Of a DNA stretch of 64,000 nt, positions 42,909 to 54,713 are shown piece by piece. The translations under genes were made by a program, and so were the position numbers. The notes under the pieces were generated by a model, which saw only the letters and a list, made by a program, of their open reading frames with translations, had not been told where the DNA came from and did not search any database. Source of the stretch: Paramoeba atlantica (lineage: Eukaryota > Protista > Discosea); contig CDRNVI010000065.1 in the NCBI GenBank assembly GCA_977017575.1, forward strand, positions 124,001 through 188,000, written 5' to 3'. Each line of letters opens with the position of its first letter. Positions within the stretch are counted from its first letter, which is position 1.

Positions 42909-43517
42909 TAATACCATTAGAATAATTTCATATGTGCATAAGTATGTACATACAGTTGTATTGTAAAGGGGGGGTTCGTCTATTATTAACAATGGTTTTA
43001 TTTCATCTATTAAATTTATTTATTAACATTCATCTATTATTAATAAAAATTAATTTCCTTCATTTTTTGCAGCTTCCCTAAAGGAAAATTCGCTAAAACC
43101 AACTTTCATGGAGCTTTTTGTTTCGTAAAAGTGGGGTTATTCGTGGTGACTAGGGTAGGAAACAAGCCTAAAAGGTCGATTGTTAATAATAGATGAAAAG
43201 TTCATCCACAGCCTAGCAGTTAATTGACTAATTAACAGTTAATTAACTAATTAACAGTTAATTAACTAGGTAATTTACCGTTAACTCAGAGTAAGGAATA
43301 ACACGTGCTTATGTTTAGCAGCATTCTAATTCGGATGTTTTTTGCGTGGCGTGGTTTTCTCGTATCACTAGATCGTCAGATTGCTATTTTGTGACTATTT
43401 TGCCTACATTATCAGTATTTTGTACTTTGTTATTTTCGTGAGACTAGTGGTGGCAATTGATTTACTTTACAATTCAGTTTTTTTTGGAATTCCGGGAATT
43501 GATAACTTTACAGTTTA

Positions 43518-43907
43518 ATGCCTAGTGCACGTTCTAGACGATCACGCAAATCGCGTAATAGTATTGCAGAAAATGAGCATACAGCTGATGAATCTTCGCA
43601 GAACGAAGGAGCGGTCCAAAGTGATGACTTGCAAACACGTAAAGCGCGCAGGGAAGCTTACGTAGAGCTCGAAGAAAGACTTCGAGAAGGGCCAACGCAA
43701 GCAGCTGTGCATAGTTTTTTAGGCCCTTCGTTAAACGCGGTGGTTGTTTTCAACTTAGAAGTCACTCGTGCTGCGCTCTTCGCGTTAAAAACTACCTCCG
43801 CGTTTAACGAAGAGCCTAAAAAAGTAAATTTGGCCAGGAAAGCCGAAGAAACTGGAAAAATTGGCTTCGAAAGTGGAAGAAACAGGAAGGATTTGAGACA
43901 AAAATAG
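43518..43907 (+). CDS. opposite-strand 129-aa ORF, probably transposon-derived
   Basis: ATG-initiated ORF against the cluster direction, near AGTTAATTAACT palindrome repeats (43218-43270). No family recognised. Confidence 0.3.
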   Translation: MPSARSRRSRKSRNSIAENEHTADESSQNEGAVQSDDLQTRKARREAYVELEERLREGPTQAAVHSFLGPSLNAVVVFNLEVTRAALFALKTTSAFNEEPKKVNLARKAEETGKIGFESGRNRKDLRQK

Positions 43908-44240
43908 CCGATTTTCGGGTAAAAACAGGGGCATATTTTCTCCCTCAGAGCACTAAATCCGACATTTGCTTGTGGGAAATCACTGGTAGGCATGAATAAA
44001 AGTCTGAATAACGTAATGGGTCGAGATTGCAACTCCAACCACACCATTATTCCGACGCAAAGGGACCACTTCGAAAATTACTTTTTAGCATTTTTTAGTC
44101 AAAAATGGGTCATTTTTTGAGGCGTACCACGACTACAAGAAGAGGTATCTTGCGAAAACATCGGCGTAGAAATCTAGTAGAGGTCCCAAACTCTCAAAAT
44201 ACAATAGGAAAAACGATTCGGAAAAAAAATCAATTTTTTA

Positions 44241-44869
44241 GTCAAGTTGAACTTCCTATTACGAGCCGGGCTCATTTAACCCTGCAATTCCGGTCCAAAG
44301 CCCGGGGCCGCAATATTATTGTGGAAATAGTGATGGAATGAACCTAGAGCCACGCAGCGCAGCGTACCAATATAAATATTATTAATAATACAGAATTCCA
44401 TTAAAGACGTATATACGTTTGTAATATGTAAGTATATAATATGTAAGTAATAAACCCCTGGCCACCAATAAGGCGCCTCCCCCCCTTATTTTTTGCGTGA
44501 AGGGACATGGTAGGGTTATCATACCATGTCTTCGTTCAAAATTTTTAGAACTGTACATTCCCGCTGTTTTTAGCTCATGAAAACTAAGAAAATAAAAAAA
44601 TATTTTACCACTTTAACATTAGGGACGATTTATGAATCAGGGGTTTATATGGATACACGTACATAATCTCATATAAACGATAATCCTTGGACACCTACAT
44701 ACATAGTATGTATAGTAGGTATAGTAGGTGTATGTATAGTAGGTCACTATGTATAGTGCGCAACATGTAATTCGTAAAAGAAAAAGGAGGAGGGGGGGTG
44801 CCGACCATAGGTCTTAGTCCCTGCAGGGTTAAATGAGACCGCGGCTCGTAATAGGAAGTAGTGCTTGAC
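44241..44869. mobile_element. 629-bp MITE-like element with ~46-bp TIRs
   Basis: GTCAAG....ACTTCCTATTACGAGCCG..CTCATTTAACCCTGCA is inverted at 44822-44869, with TA on both flanks. Confidence 0.65.
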
Positions 44870-45004
44870 TAGTACCGGCTCCGGGCAGTCACGCGCACTT
44901 CCTGCAACGGGCAAAGGTCGGATGTGAGTCCTGGTGACGCAGCGCATGCGCGATACGTCTTCCTTTTTTGCTATACGTTGAATTTTTACCGGGCGTGTAC
45001 AGCG

Positions 45005-45160
45005 GACTCCTCGGAATATGCCTCACTCACTGAATAGGAGTGAAGAAGGTGCTCCACGGAGCGCGTGGAGCACAGACTCCTTAGAATATGCCTCTCACTG
45101 AATACGATCGAAGAAGGTGCGCCACGGGGCGCGTGGAGCAAAGGCTCCTTAAAACATGCC
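45005..45160. repeat. 2.3 copies of a ~69-bp unit containing a GC hairpin
   Basis: Units start at 45005, 45075 and 45143. Hairpin GTGCTCCACG-GAGCG-CGTGGAGCAC at 45049-45073. Confidence 0.8.
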
Positions 45161-45573
45161 TTCCGGAATGTTAAAAGATCCAAACTAGATACTGGTATCT
45201 CCAATGTGAGAAAAACGTTTCAGAAGCCTTCTGGTTCAGAAGAAAAATGTACTCACTGTCACTTCCTTATGCCGTATGGTCTATAGTGACCTAATAAACC
45301 ACAGTGAGAGAGCCTACAGTACATAAATGTATACATGTACTCTACTGAAATGATTGACGAATAGCGAAAAGTTGCGCATGGTTTATGTAAACTAATATGC
45401 GTTAATCTAATTTAGAACGTTAACAAAACGTTTCATACTGTTACACAATAATCACATGAGCATCTCGACTTCTACTGTATATACGTCTACAAAAGCGAGA
45501 CTTGAACTTATGCGTAGCTTCTAATACGTATGTACCATCTGTTAACTGATATACCATCTGTTAACCTTATCTT

Positions 45574-46698
45574 ATGAGCGAAGCTCTTCCCGAACTTAGA
45601 CCAGACAACACAGCTGCATCTCTTGAGTCTGCCTTTCGCGGAGTATGTTCCCTAAAGCGCTTGGGAGTGACTGTTCGGGAGGACCTTCTCCAGCTACTCC
45701 CGCAAGCCACGGAGTTCATAAGAACAAAAATAACGACCGAACCGCTCTTGGAAATCGCGGCTGCAAGTGCCGCGTCTGGAGCTACAGCGCGTGGTATCCT
45801 TGCTATTCGCAAAGCGTTGAGTGCGCTGATCCGCGGTGCTTTTTTCTCGCCAGATATACCGAACTCTGTATTAGTCGCTCTGCGAGACGAACACAGTATA
45901 CTGGAAGGAAGCTTGACCGCGGGAGAACAGACCAAGAGCATCAAGACCGAAAGACTGCTAATCGCGGGGAACACAATGCAAAGGAGTTGCGTGAAGCCTT
46001 CTTGTCGGTGGTGAAGCGCAGTCTTGTCGGTACTGAAGCTACGTCACGTACTGAAGATGTACCAACTGAAGAAAAGAACCACAAGGATGTGCGTGGGGCG
46101 TTCCGTGACATCATCGGTACGCGCGATGACCCGCTTCTTGACTGCTTGACGCAGTCGGGTTTTAGCTCCGAACCGTGGCTGACAGCAGCGACCAAGAAGG
46201 TCCGTGACAGCCTTGGCCTGAGACGGTCAACTGCGCCCGGGTGCTAACCGAGCTCGCAGCGGGGACGCCGATACCTGGCGTTAAAAACGAGGCGGTCCGC
46301 ATCTCCTTATGGACCATACTGTGCAAGGTAGAGGCCGAACTCCTCTCCCATCGCCTCACGCACGACGCGGCGCAGGTGGACACGGAAACTCTCGAGCAGC
46401 TTATGCTCGACGACTCCAAGGATCGCGGAAATAAGAATATTGTTGTGTAAGAAGTTGATTGGTCCTCGTAAAAGTACGTCAGGTTCGGGACATAAGCCCC
46501 GTTCGCCTGCCATACGGGGGCGTAACTGGAAAACGTGGCTGTATACAGCCGCTGTATCCCAATGCACCACGTGGTTCATGCAAGCATCGCGGGATACGCG
46601 GTCATGAGCTGAAGAATGGTCGATTGATCGACGAACAGGTTCGTCTCAAAATGAAAACCCCTAGTAAAAAGCCGGGGTACCAACGCGGTCGTGAATAG
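45574..46698 (+). pseudogene. frameshifted gag-like ORF with a broken CCHC knuckle
   Basis: Chain of abutting plus-strand ORFs (45574, 45645 3' half, 46241, 46459). The last contains C-K-H-R-G-I-R-G-H-E-L-K-N-G at 46579-46620, where R and G are each one base from Cys. Confidence 0.4.
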
Positions 46699-47219
46699 AC
46701 TTCCCACTTTTTGAAATAGTAGCTTTAGAGGCTCGAATGTGCTTTCGAAATGGATATTTGCTTAACATTTCTTTTTACGCATAGAGAAAGAAACTTGTGC
46801 TTAGCGGAGAAAATACTCAATGTGCTTTACTTCTGAAATGCTGTTACATATTAATACATGTATGTGCGCAGATTTTTACTGCAAATTTGCTGCATTGCTT
46901 ATTCTTCAAAATGATCGAACTGCTTAACGTTTTCAAAAACGTATGGAAATACACATGTAGAGTAGTATACTGCTCACAGGGACTGAGCTATTCTGACTGA
47001 ATGCTTCCTTTTTATATATGCTTCCTTTTAACGGGGTGGAATGATACGGCTACTTTTGCATTTACATATTCTTCTTTATGCTTTACTTCAACAACTCATA
47101 ATAACTGTAGAAAGTTATGAGAATATTACATTGGTACTTTATCCTAGTGGACTAAAGTTTCTGTACCTTGTTGAATTATTTCATCATTTGTACTAACTGT
47201 TATCCTCCCCTACTGGGGC

Positions 47220-50200
47220 ATGGCACTTCCCCCCTCCACCTCTGCCCCCCAAGCGCAAGGCGACCTCCCTCGAGGATCTGCTGGCGCAAAATCATCGCGT
47301 AAGCACAGCTTCCACTTCACTCAGCAGCGCGCAATACCGATTAAAATCAGACACTCGACTTCCTCGCTTTGGATATACTTCTCCGATATTCACGCGGCGG
47401 CCTCCTTCCTTACTGAAAAGAAACACTTTAATACAGAAATCACAGCGGAGCTTTCCTTGGCACGCACTTTGGATACTGGAGCGAAGAGAACCGATGGTAT
47501 TCTAATCGAGAAATGTACTTTACAAGAAGTGATGGACGAAGAAGCTTGTGAACACTTTGTGTTCAAAGAAACTGCGCCGCCCCACCGCATTTTTCGACAC
47601 GCCAGCTGGACCGCGGCGCACGCAGACGAAGTCCTGAATCTCAGCCAACAATACTCTTGCCCTGGCACACTCGGTAGGGCGATTAAGAAGAAACTGGCTG
47701 GTCACGATATCCCAGGATTGGCATCCTTCGACATAACCCACGTATCGCAGAGGGAACAGACGTCCGACGAAATCCCTTGGGAAAATCCCAAGATCTCGTA
47801 TGATGAGCCACTCGCAATTCGCGCGCCGAGGCAACCGAATGATTCTCGAGGAACACGGTCGTTACGTACGCAGCCGTGCGCGCACCGATGCCTAAACAAA
47901 CTAACATGTCTCCATCCATGCTGTAAAGTGGGCATTGAATCCGAACCCATTCCCGACCCTGCCTCCGATCCGAACGCGCGCCAGCTCGGTGAAGCAGGTT
48001 CCATGGTTGACGCTTCGCCACATTCAACAGCGTGCAGACGACCTGAGTCCACGCGTTCGCAGCCGTGCGCACACCGATGCCTAAGCAAACGAATATGTCT
48101 ACATCCGTGCTGTAAAGTGGGCATTGAACCCGAGCCTATTACCGACCCTGCCTCCGATCTGAATGCTCGTCAGCTCGTTGAAGCGGCTCCTACTGCTCTA
48201 GTAGCAGTGCAGCAAACAGCCTCCAGACCTGGGTATACGCTTTCACAGCCCTGCGCGTATCGTTGTCTAAACAAACTAACATGCCTTCACCCATGTTGCA
48301 AAATAGGCGGTGAATGTGATCCGGCCTCTCAAGCAGGCACGCACCGACCCACGGGAACGATTCAGAGTCCCCACACCGACTCGACACAACTACGAGATGA
48401 GCCACACCAGACTATGTACAGCACAACAAGGCGGCCATGCAAGCATGTCTGTCGGGACAAACAGAATTGCAAACATGGATGTTGCAAAGTTGGCGTGCTG
48501 GTCGATAGTTCTACACCCACCGACCCCAGTAGACCTGGAATTCCACATAATGAAACCTATGTTGCCTCCACTCGTAATCTGCACGCGCAGCACATACAGC
48601 CAACATCTGCAAGGAAAATTTCTGACACATCTACGGTACCGGAGGGGGAAGAATCCTCGCACAAACCCTACAAACACCTGTGCCACAACAAGGAAGAATG
48701 TAAGCACAAGTGTTGTAAGGAAGGTGTCCAAAGCCCAGTTAAAGATCCCCGATCGGGCTCGAGTCGCTGGAGCCTGCGCAATCTTCTTTCATGGGGCTTC
48801 ACCACAGGGAGCACGCGTACCAACGAAAACACAGCCCCTGCACGCACAAGGGATGGCCATGCAACCGGATCCGCAGCGCAACGTTACCCCGAGACGCACA
48901 GGAACATGCCACAGGACCAACAGCAAGCCGAAACGACCGCACATCACACACAGGCCCGAATAGATGTGATTGAAGAAACCGAGACACAGGTGCAGGGTAC
49001 AACACAGCAGGATTTACCACATCATGACACGCAACCAAATAGTATACCGAATGTACGCACGATTCTGCAATCACAACGGATGAGAACGTGCAACGATCGT
49101 TCAGGAAGCCCAGAAACTGCGGAAGACTTGCTGAGTACCTTGCGTACGATTGAAGGAGGGCGAGTAATGGCTAGTCTTTCTCATGAGCAATGGCAACGCG
49201 CAATCAAGAAGTCGTTCGAACGATGTGAGAAATACCTTAAACCAGCTGCAACCCCAACTGAAGCACTGCGACATGCCGATTTGTTAACTGCCTGCATAGC
49301 AGTCTCGGCTTATGAAATCGCGCGGGAGGCTGACCCAACGAAAGGATTCAAGCTGCGTTCGACGACTGGCCACACCAAACGTGCTTCACGACCTCTCAGC
49401 TACGATCGCTCAGCAAAGGAACTTTCTGGACATATCCGCCAATTAAAACGTACCCTCTCTTACACACACGGCCGCTCGGAAAGAGATCGCCTGATACGCA
49501 ACATAAAAGAAGCCACGAAAGCCCGCAACCTCTACACAGAAGAAGCAAATCTCCTGCGACGTGAAAGGGAGAAAAGATGGGTGACGGACAGATTTCAACG
49601 GAACCCCTGGACCGCAGGAGGGGAATGCCTCGACAATAACGAGAAGATGCGAAAACAGCCAACGATTTTCCCGAATTGTCCACAGGCAGTTATTGAAACG
49701 TTCTTCAAGGACACACTAAGCATTGGCAACGAAACCCACACTCTACCCCCCACTGATCTTCTTGGCGCTGGAAACGAAAGCGAAATGAAGTGGGAAGATA
49801 TTGACGTGCAAACCATAGCCGCGGCTATCTCCTCCAAGCGACCGTCCGCTGCACCAGGTCCTGACACCATAAGTAACGCCTTCCTCCGACGCTGCACTGA
49901 GCTGTACCCCTTCATCGCCCAAGTATTCAACGACCTACTCAAACACTCCGTAGGTCCAACCCACTGGAAACAAGCGGTGACTCGACTCATCCACAAAGGG
50001 GGGGCTACGGATAAACTGTCGAACTGGCGCCCTATCAGCCTGACCAGCTGTCTGGGGAAGCTACTCCACTCAATCATAGGACACAAACTTCTGAGTCACG
50101 CTGTCAGCACAGGGATCATCGACACGACCATACAAAAAAGCTTTCTCCCCAATGTCAATGGAACCATCGAACACACGCAAGCGCTTTGTGAACTGCTGGA

Positions 50201-52061
50201 TTTTCAGAGGCAGCACAAACGGCAATACTGCTTGGGTCAATTCGACCTGAAAAACGCCTTTGGTTCTCTTCCACACTCGATCCTCTTCCAAGTATTACAA
50301 TGGGCAAAGGTGTCGCCGATTATCATCGAATATGTTCACTCCCTCTATACCAGTGCTTCTCTCCGAGTCAAGTGTGCTGAGGGGTTGACTAACCACATTC
50401 CCGTTGAACGAGGCGTTCTTCAAGGCGACACCCTATCTCCTGTGCTATTCAACCTTGCGATGGAGGTAGTTTTAAGGTACCTTCGATCCAGCTTTCCAGG
50501 ATATGGCATCACATGGGGCGGGCAAGAATCATTCCTTAAGGCGTTTGCGGACGACCTTGCCGTCATTACCAAATCACCCGAAGAAATGCAGCATGTTACT
50601 AACGCCCTGGTAAAGGTGCTCGCCAGATTAGGCATGCGGCTAAATGTACAGAAATGTCGGCTTCAGTATATGGCTGTAGCGGATGGAGGATACAAAACCC
50701 ACAGACCGCGCATCCGTGCCGGCGGCGAAAGCATACCCCACGTTTGCGACAAAGGCAGCCAGTTTCTGGGCATGACGCTAGCGCCTGGAGCCCAACAAGG
50801 GAAAGTGTTGTTCAAGAGTCTCCGTACACAACTACGCCACTGGCTTACCAACGTATCTGAAAGTGCCATGGATACGCCCGCCCGCCTCTGGGTCTACAAT
50901 AACGTCATTATTTCCCGTCTACGCTACGTTCTGACGGTAAATCCTGGAATCACACTGAATTTCATCCTGCGGCTGCAAAAGCTTGCGACTACACACATTC
51001 GGAAATGGGTGAATATGGCCAAAACTGCAACCAGCGAACTTCTCTATTCTGAGCGGGGGTGGGCCTTAACTAGTTTCTCAAAGCTGTGGATACTCTGCAC
51101 GAGTACACTGGTCGAGCAAATGCAGAAATCTCGTGACCCGGCTGTGCAACAGGCTTTAAGACACCGCATCCGCAGGGAACTGCACAAGCGCTCAACGGGA
51201 CACGTCCAACCAGTAGTTGAACTGTACGACCGACGAGAAGACCGTGTGGCGACACGGCGGTTCATTGAGAGTGAATACGAGCGACACCTTTCCGAATCCG
51301 TGCAACGACGGGCTCCCATAGCGGCACAGTGGTTCCGTATGGCCACTGAGGACGAACTTGCGAAAGACTTTGCTGCTGCGGTATGTAACATCAACAGTGA
51401 GGCACTCTCCCGGTTTACTGCATCTGTGTTGACCCAAACACCACTACCTACTCGTTCAGCACTGCGTCGTTGGGGTCTAAGTACGCACACGGACACAAAG
51501 TGTCCCATTTGCAATGAGGAGGTGCAGACAGTTCGACATGTCCTCACAGGGTGCAAGGTGGCCCTTGAACAGGGCCGCTACACGTTCCGCCATGATCTTA
51601 TACTCCACGCTATCGCAGATGCCGTAAGAGCATCCCCAGAAACAGCGCAGTACCACTTTGATCTTTCTCTTTACCGAAACCCCCGAACATGGCCAAGTCA
51701 ACAGGACACGGCCCTTAGACCTGATGGGTGGATCAAGCTACATAATGGTACTGAGTTCATACTTGAGCTCACTTCTCCGTGGGAGGAAAACTTTTTATCC
51801 TCACATGAGCGGAAAGTGCGGAAGTACGGGAATCTGTTTCTCGAAAGGAAAATGACTAACCCGGCAACCTTTCTTCTTGTCATCGAAGTGGGGGCCAGAG
51901 GGAAGCTCAACTCCTCTACGCGAGCGCTCAACTCACTTTTCGGAGGTAGCAAGGCCACCGCCTCGCAATGTCGACAGAAGCTTGTCAAAAGAGCAATACG
52001 AGGAAGTTTCGCGATTTTTCAAAACCGCGATAACCCGAGCTGGACGGAAGCCAGCATATAG
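47220..52061 (+). mobile_element. non-LTR retrotransposon, single ORF with RT plus CCHC and REL endonuclease (HERO/NeSL-like)
   Basis: RT motifs NWRPISL, DLKNAFGSLPH, GVLQGDTLSP and AFADD. C-terminal CPIC...HVLTGC, GRYTFRHD, RPD, ELTSPWEE, HERK..KY and EVGARG. Uninterrupted 1613 aa; A-rich 3' end near 52160-52172. Confidence 0.92.
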
Positions 52062-53711
52062 CGATGATGAAAAGCTTAAGGGAAACCCGTTTTGTGCGGG
52101 GTTTATGCATGATCTACGTGTATTTCTCTTAGGTGACAATCTGTGCAGTCATACTGCATGATAAACAAAAAACATTCAGAAGTCTCGGGACTCTCTTGAC
52201 CCACACGGGTCGTAGTTGTAACACTAGACGAAAGGGTGTAAAACATGTTGTTTCCATCAATAGGAATATTCTATAAATTTCGTTTACAATAGCATGCCTT
52301 CTCAACGCCGCTCTTAGCGCTGTATCTCAGCTTGTCACGCTTCTATCGAGGATCTACTTGGAATCCTACCATGCCGCTGTAGTTTGGCGGCAATGGGAAG
52401 ATCAATTTGGTCGCAGACCTTGCGCTTCCGCAGACGATTCAAAGGCGTCCTAAATATCTGTCTCCAGCCCAAACCTCGAGGCTCGATCACACTCACGAAA
52501 ATGCGGTCTATGACTAAATTACTGTAAAGACCAAGGCGAACTCACGTATGGTCAAGGCTTCGCCGTTGCGTATTTCGGACTTCAGCATCACAGCGAACTA
52601 CTACTCCTCTCATTAATTTCTATAAATATAGCTTATAACAAAAAAGAAAATTTATATTTATTTATAGAAATTACTGGGAATGGCTAGGCAAAAAGTCCTG
52701 ATTAGTGATCCTCCCTGGTGGAAAAACGCTAATTTTCTGCGATAAGCTATCGCAGAACGTGAGATCCAAGGTCCTTGTCGGGGGTGAGGGTCAGATCTTT
52801 CTGCCGTGTTCTCCCCTCTATCGTAGTTTTTCCTGTTTTTTTCTTCAAAAACATAATTTTTCGAAAATCTATATTTTTTTTCTGAAAAGTTCGGGAATGG
52901 CATTTATAGAAATCAATGAGAAGAGGAGCAGTGAATCTCAAGAAGACAGATATTGAAGCGAATTCCTGTGACGCATTGATTGATATTCGAGGAGGAAAAG
53001 GACGTCAGCACTATATAGTCGACACTGTCGAACAATGAATATTAATATACTGTCCCCCCCGTTTAAGCGCTATTTTTCCAAACCAATAAATAGTCAAAAT
53101 TATCGAGCAAACATGTCAAAGGGGGATGGTTCCGGCCGAGGCAACAGCTACAAGCTACACTTCTGTAGATCAGAAGCAATTTAAGTGGCAATAAAATGGG
53201 GAATTTTCAACATTATTATTCAGTGCAGGCAGCGACAGCACGGTAACAGATCGCTCTTTTTGTAAAGGTTTTTCTGAAGTAGAGCCTCTGGATAAAATCG
53301 TCAGAGTGCACAAGGTCTTTCACAGAAGAATTCTCATGTGCGACATTCCGAGTGAGGAAAGTGGGGCGAAATTTCGCGAGGCTTCAAAACCCCTCAAGTG
53401 AACATATTCAGCATGCAAAGCATTACATGCATTAGCTAAATTAAAAGAGTTAAAGAAATTAATTACAAAAAAATTAAACGAAAAAGGATTTAACATGTAA
53501 AAAAATTGCAGATGATACCGCTGGCTTCATGTTCTGTGAATCTTCATGCTTTGTATAAAGTTTCATGATGAAAAATTTGCACGCAAAAGGGACTCTTTTA
53601 CATTCAGAAACCTTTTACCCCGATTGCAAGTGTTATATGGGGTACAAAGACTGAAACGAAAGATTAATTTTATATGAATAAGATCATACTACTCGAAATA
53701 CATATTGTTTT

Positions 53712-54554
53712 TTACGAAACAGAAAGCCCCAAAATTCCACTGCTGTAATATTTCGAGAGTTCATGTCTGATCCAGCGCGAGTACTCGGGAACCCTAGGTC
53801 GTATTTCATCTTCTAGGTCCTTGAACAAGGAAGATTCTTCTGCAAAGCCTTTTTCATCGACTTTAGAAGTTTCGCTCTGGCACTCAGAATAAATAAGCGC
53901 ACCGTCGTGCGTGTGCGCTACAATAAAAAAATGTAAAACCGTATTCAAATCATTCAATCCTGAAATATCTTCATTTCCAGACGCCAGGACTTCGAGTTCC
54001 GATTTCGTTGGATTGATAATCACATTTCGAAGAGTACGATTTGCATCTCGTGAGGTCTTGCATGACGACTTGTTTAACGAGCCACTTCGTTGGACCATTA
54101 GCGTGTGAGAGACTAAAGTAGTCGTGCACGCAATTCCTGCCTCCAGGAGACACGCCATACAGCCATTCAGCATTGCGCTCATGAGACAACCCTGATCGTC
54201 AAGAACATGAATGGCAAAGGAGAACACCATTCGTGAGTACACAACGTGGTGCAAGATGCGCCCCAGCGTTTCCTGTATGCGTTCGCATAAAAGGCAGTCT
54301 TCCATTTTGTGTTGTCGTCGTAGAATGTTGGTGGTAATTCTTCCTCCCCCTCCGGCCGCTAAGGCGGTGCTAGACCGAGTAATATGTACCTGGAACACAC
54401 CCTCGTTTGGTTTTGCTTGTACACGATCATAACTAGGGCCTCTGAGGGATACATATAGCTTGGTGTCGCGAAGCGAGTAGTTCACGGAACAGAGCGCTTT
54501 CGTGGGCATACCAAAAGTCACAGAAGCGTCGCACTCGTAGGATTTCTCTGACAT
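53712..54554 (-). CDS. RRP46: exosome complex RNase PH-like subunit Rrp46
   Basis: LYVSLRGP and IHVLDDQGCLMSAMLNGCMACLLEAGI match the Rrp46/EXOSC5 pattern. Confidence 0.7.
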   Translation of the reverse strand: MSEKSYECDASVTFGMPTKALCSVNYSLRDTKLYVSLRGPSYDRVQAKPNEGVFQVHITRSSTALAAGGGGRITTNILRRQHKMEDCLLCERIQETLGRILHHVVYSRMVFSFAIHVLDDQGCLMSAMLNGCMACLLEAGIACTTTLVSHTLMVQRSGSLNKSSCKTSRDANRTLRNVIINPTKSELEVLASGNEDISGLNDLNTVLHFFIVAHTHDGALIYSECQSETSKVDEKGFAEESSLFKDLEDEIRPRVPEYSRWIRHELSKYYSSGILGLSVS

Positions 54555-54713
54555 GTACAGTTACCTGTGTGTTGTAAGTTACACGTAAAATACAAATTAA
54601 ACGCTAACACAATGAGAGCTACTATGTATGAAGTCAAAGTGATAGCAAGAATAAGGGATAAGAATTTGAATATTAATTGAAATACAGCGAATACTAAAAC
54701 GAGAAAATGATAA

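Noticed and set aside
44343-44372. Helitron 3' end (hairpin plus CTAG on the minus strand)
   Set aside because: The stem is only 4 bp, CTAG is not followed by T, and no matching 5' TC end or RepHel sequence was found.
47140-47200. Bona fide spliced-leader RNA gene
   Set aside because: Only the 3' half of an SL-like exon matches, there is no GT donor after ...TTG, and there is no tandem array.
45211-52180. TSD linking the gag-like region and the REL ORF into one element (AAAAAC..TTCAGAAG at about 45212 and 52166)
   Set aside because: The match is imperfect and AT-rich, and a decayed TSD is inconsistent with an intact ORF.
52735-52760. Perfect hairpin TTCTGCGATA-AGC-TATCGCAGAA as a terminator or RNA gene
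   Set aside because: It is isolated, with no supporting context; intrinsic terminators are not expected in this eukaryotic setting.
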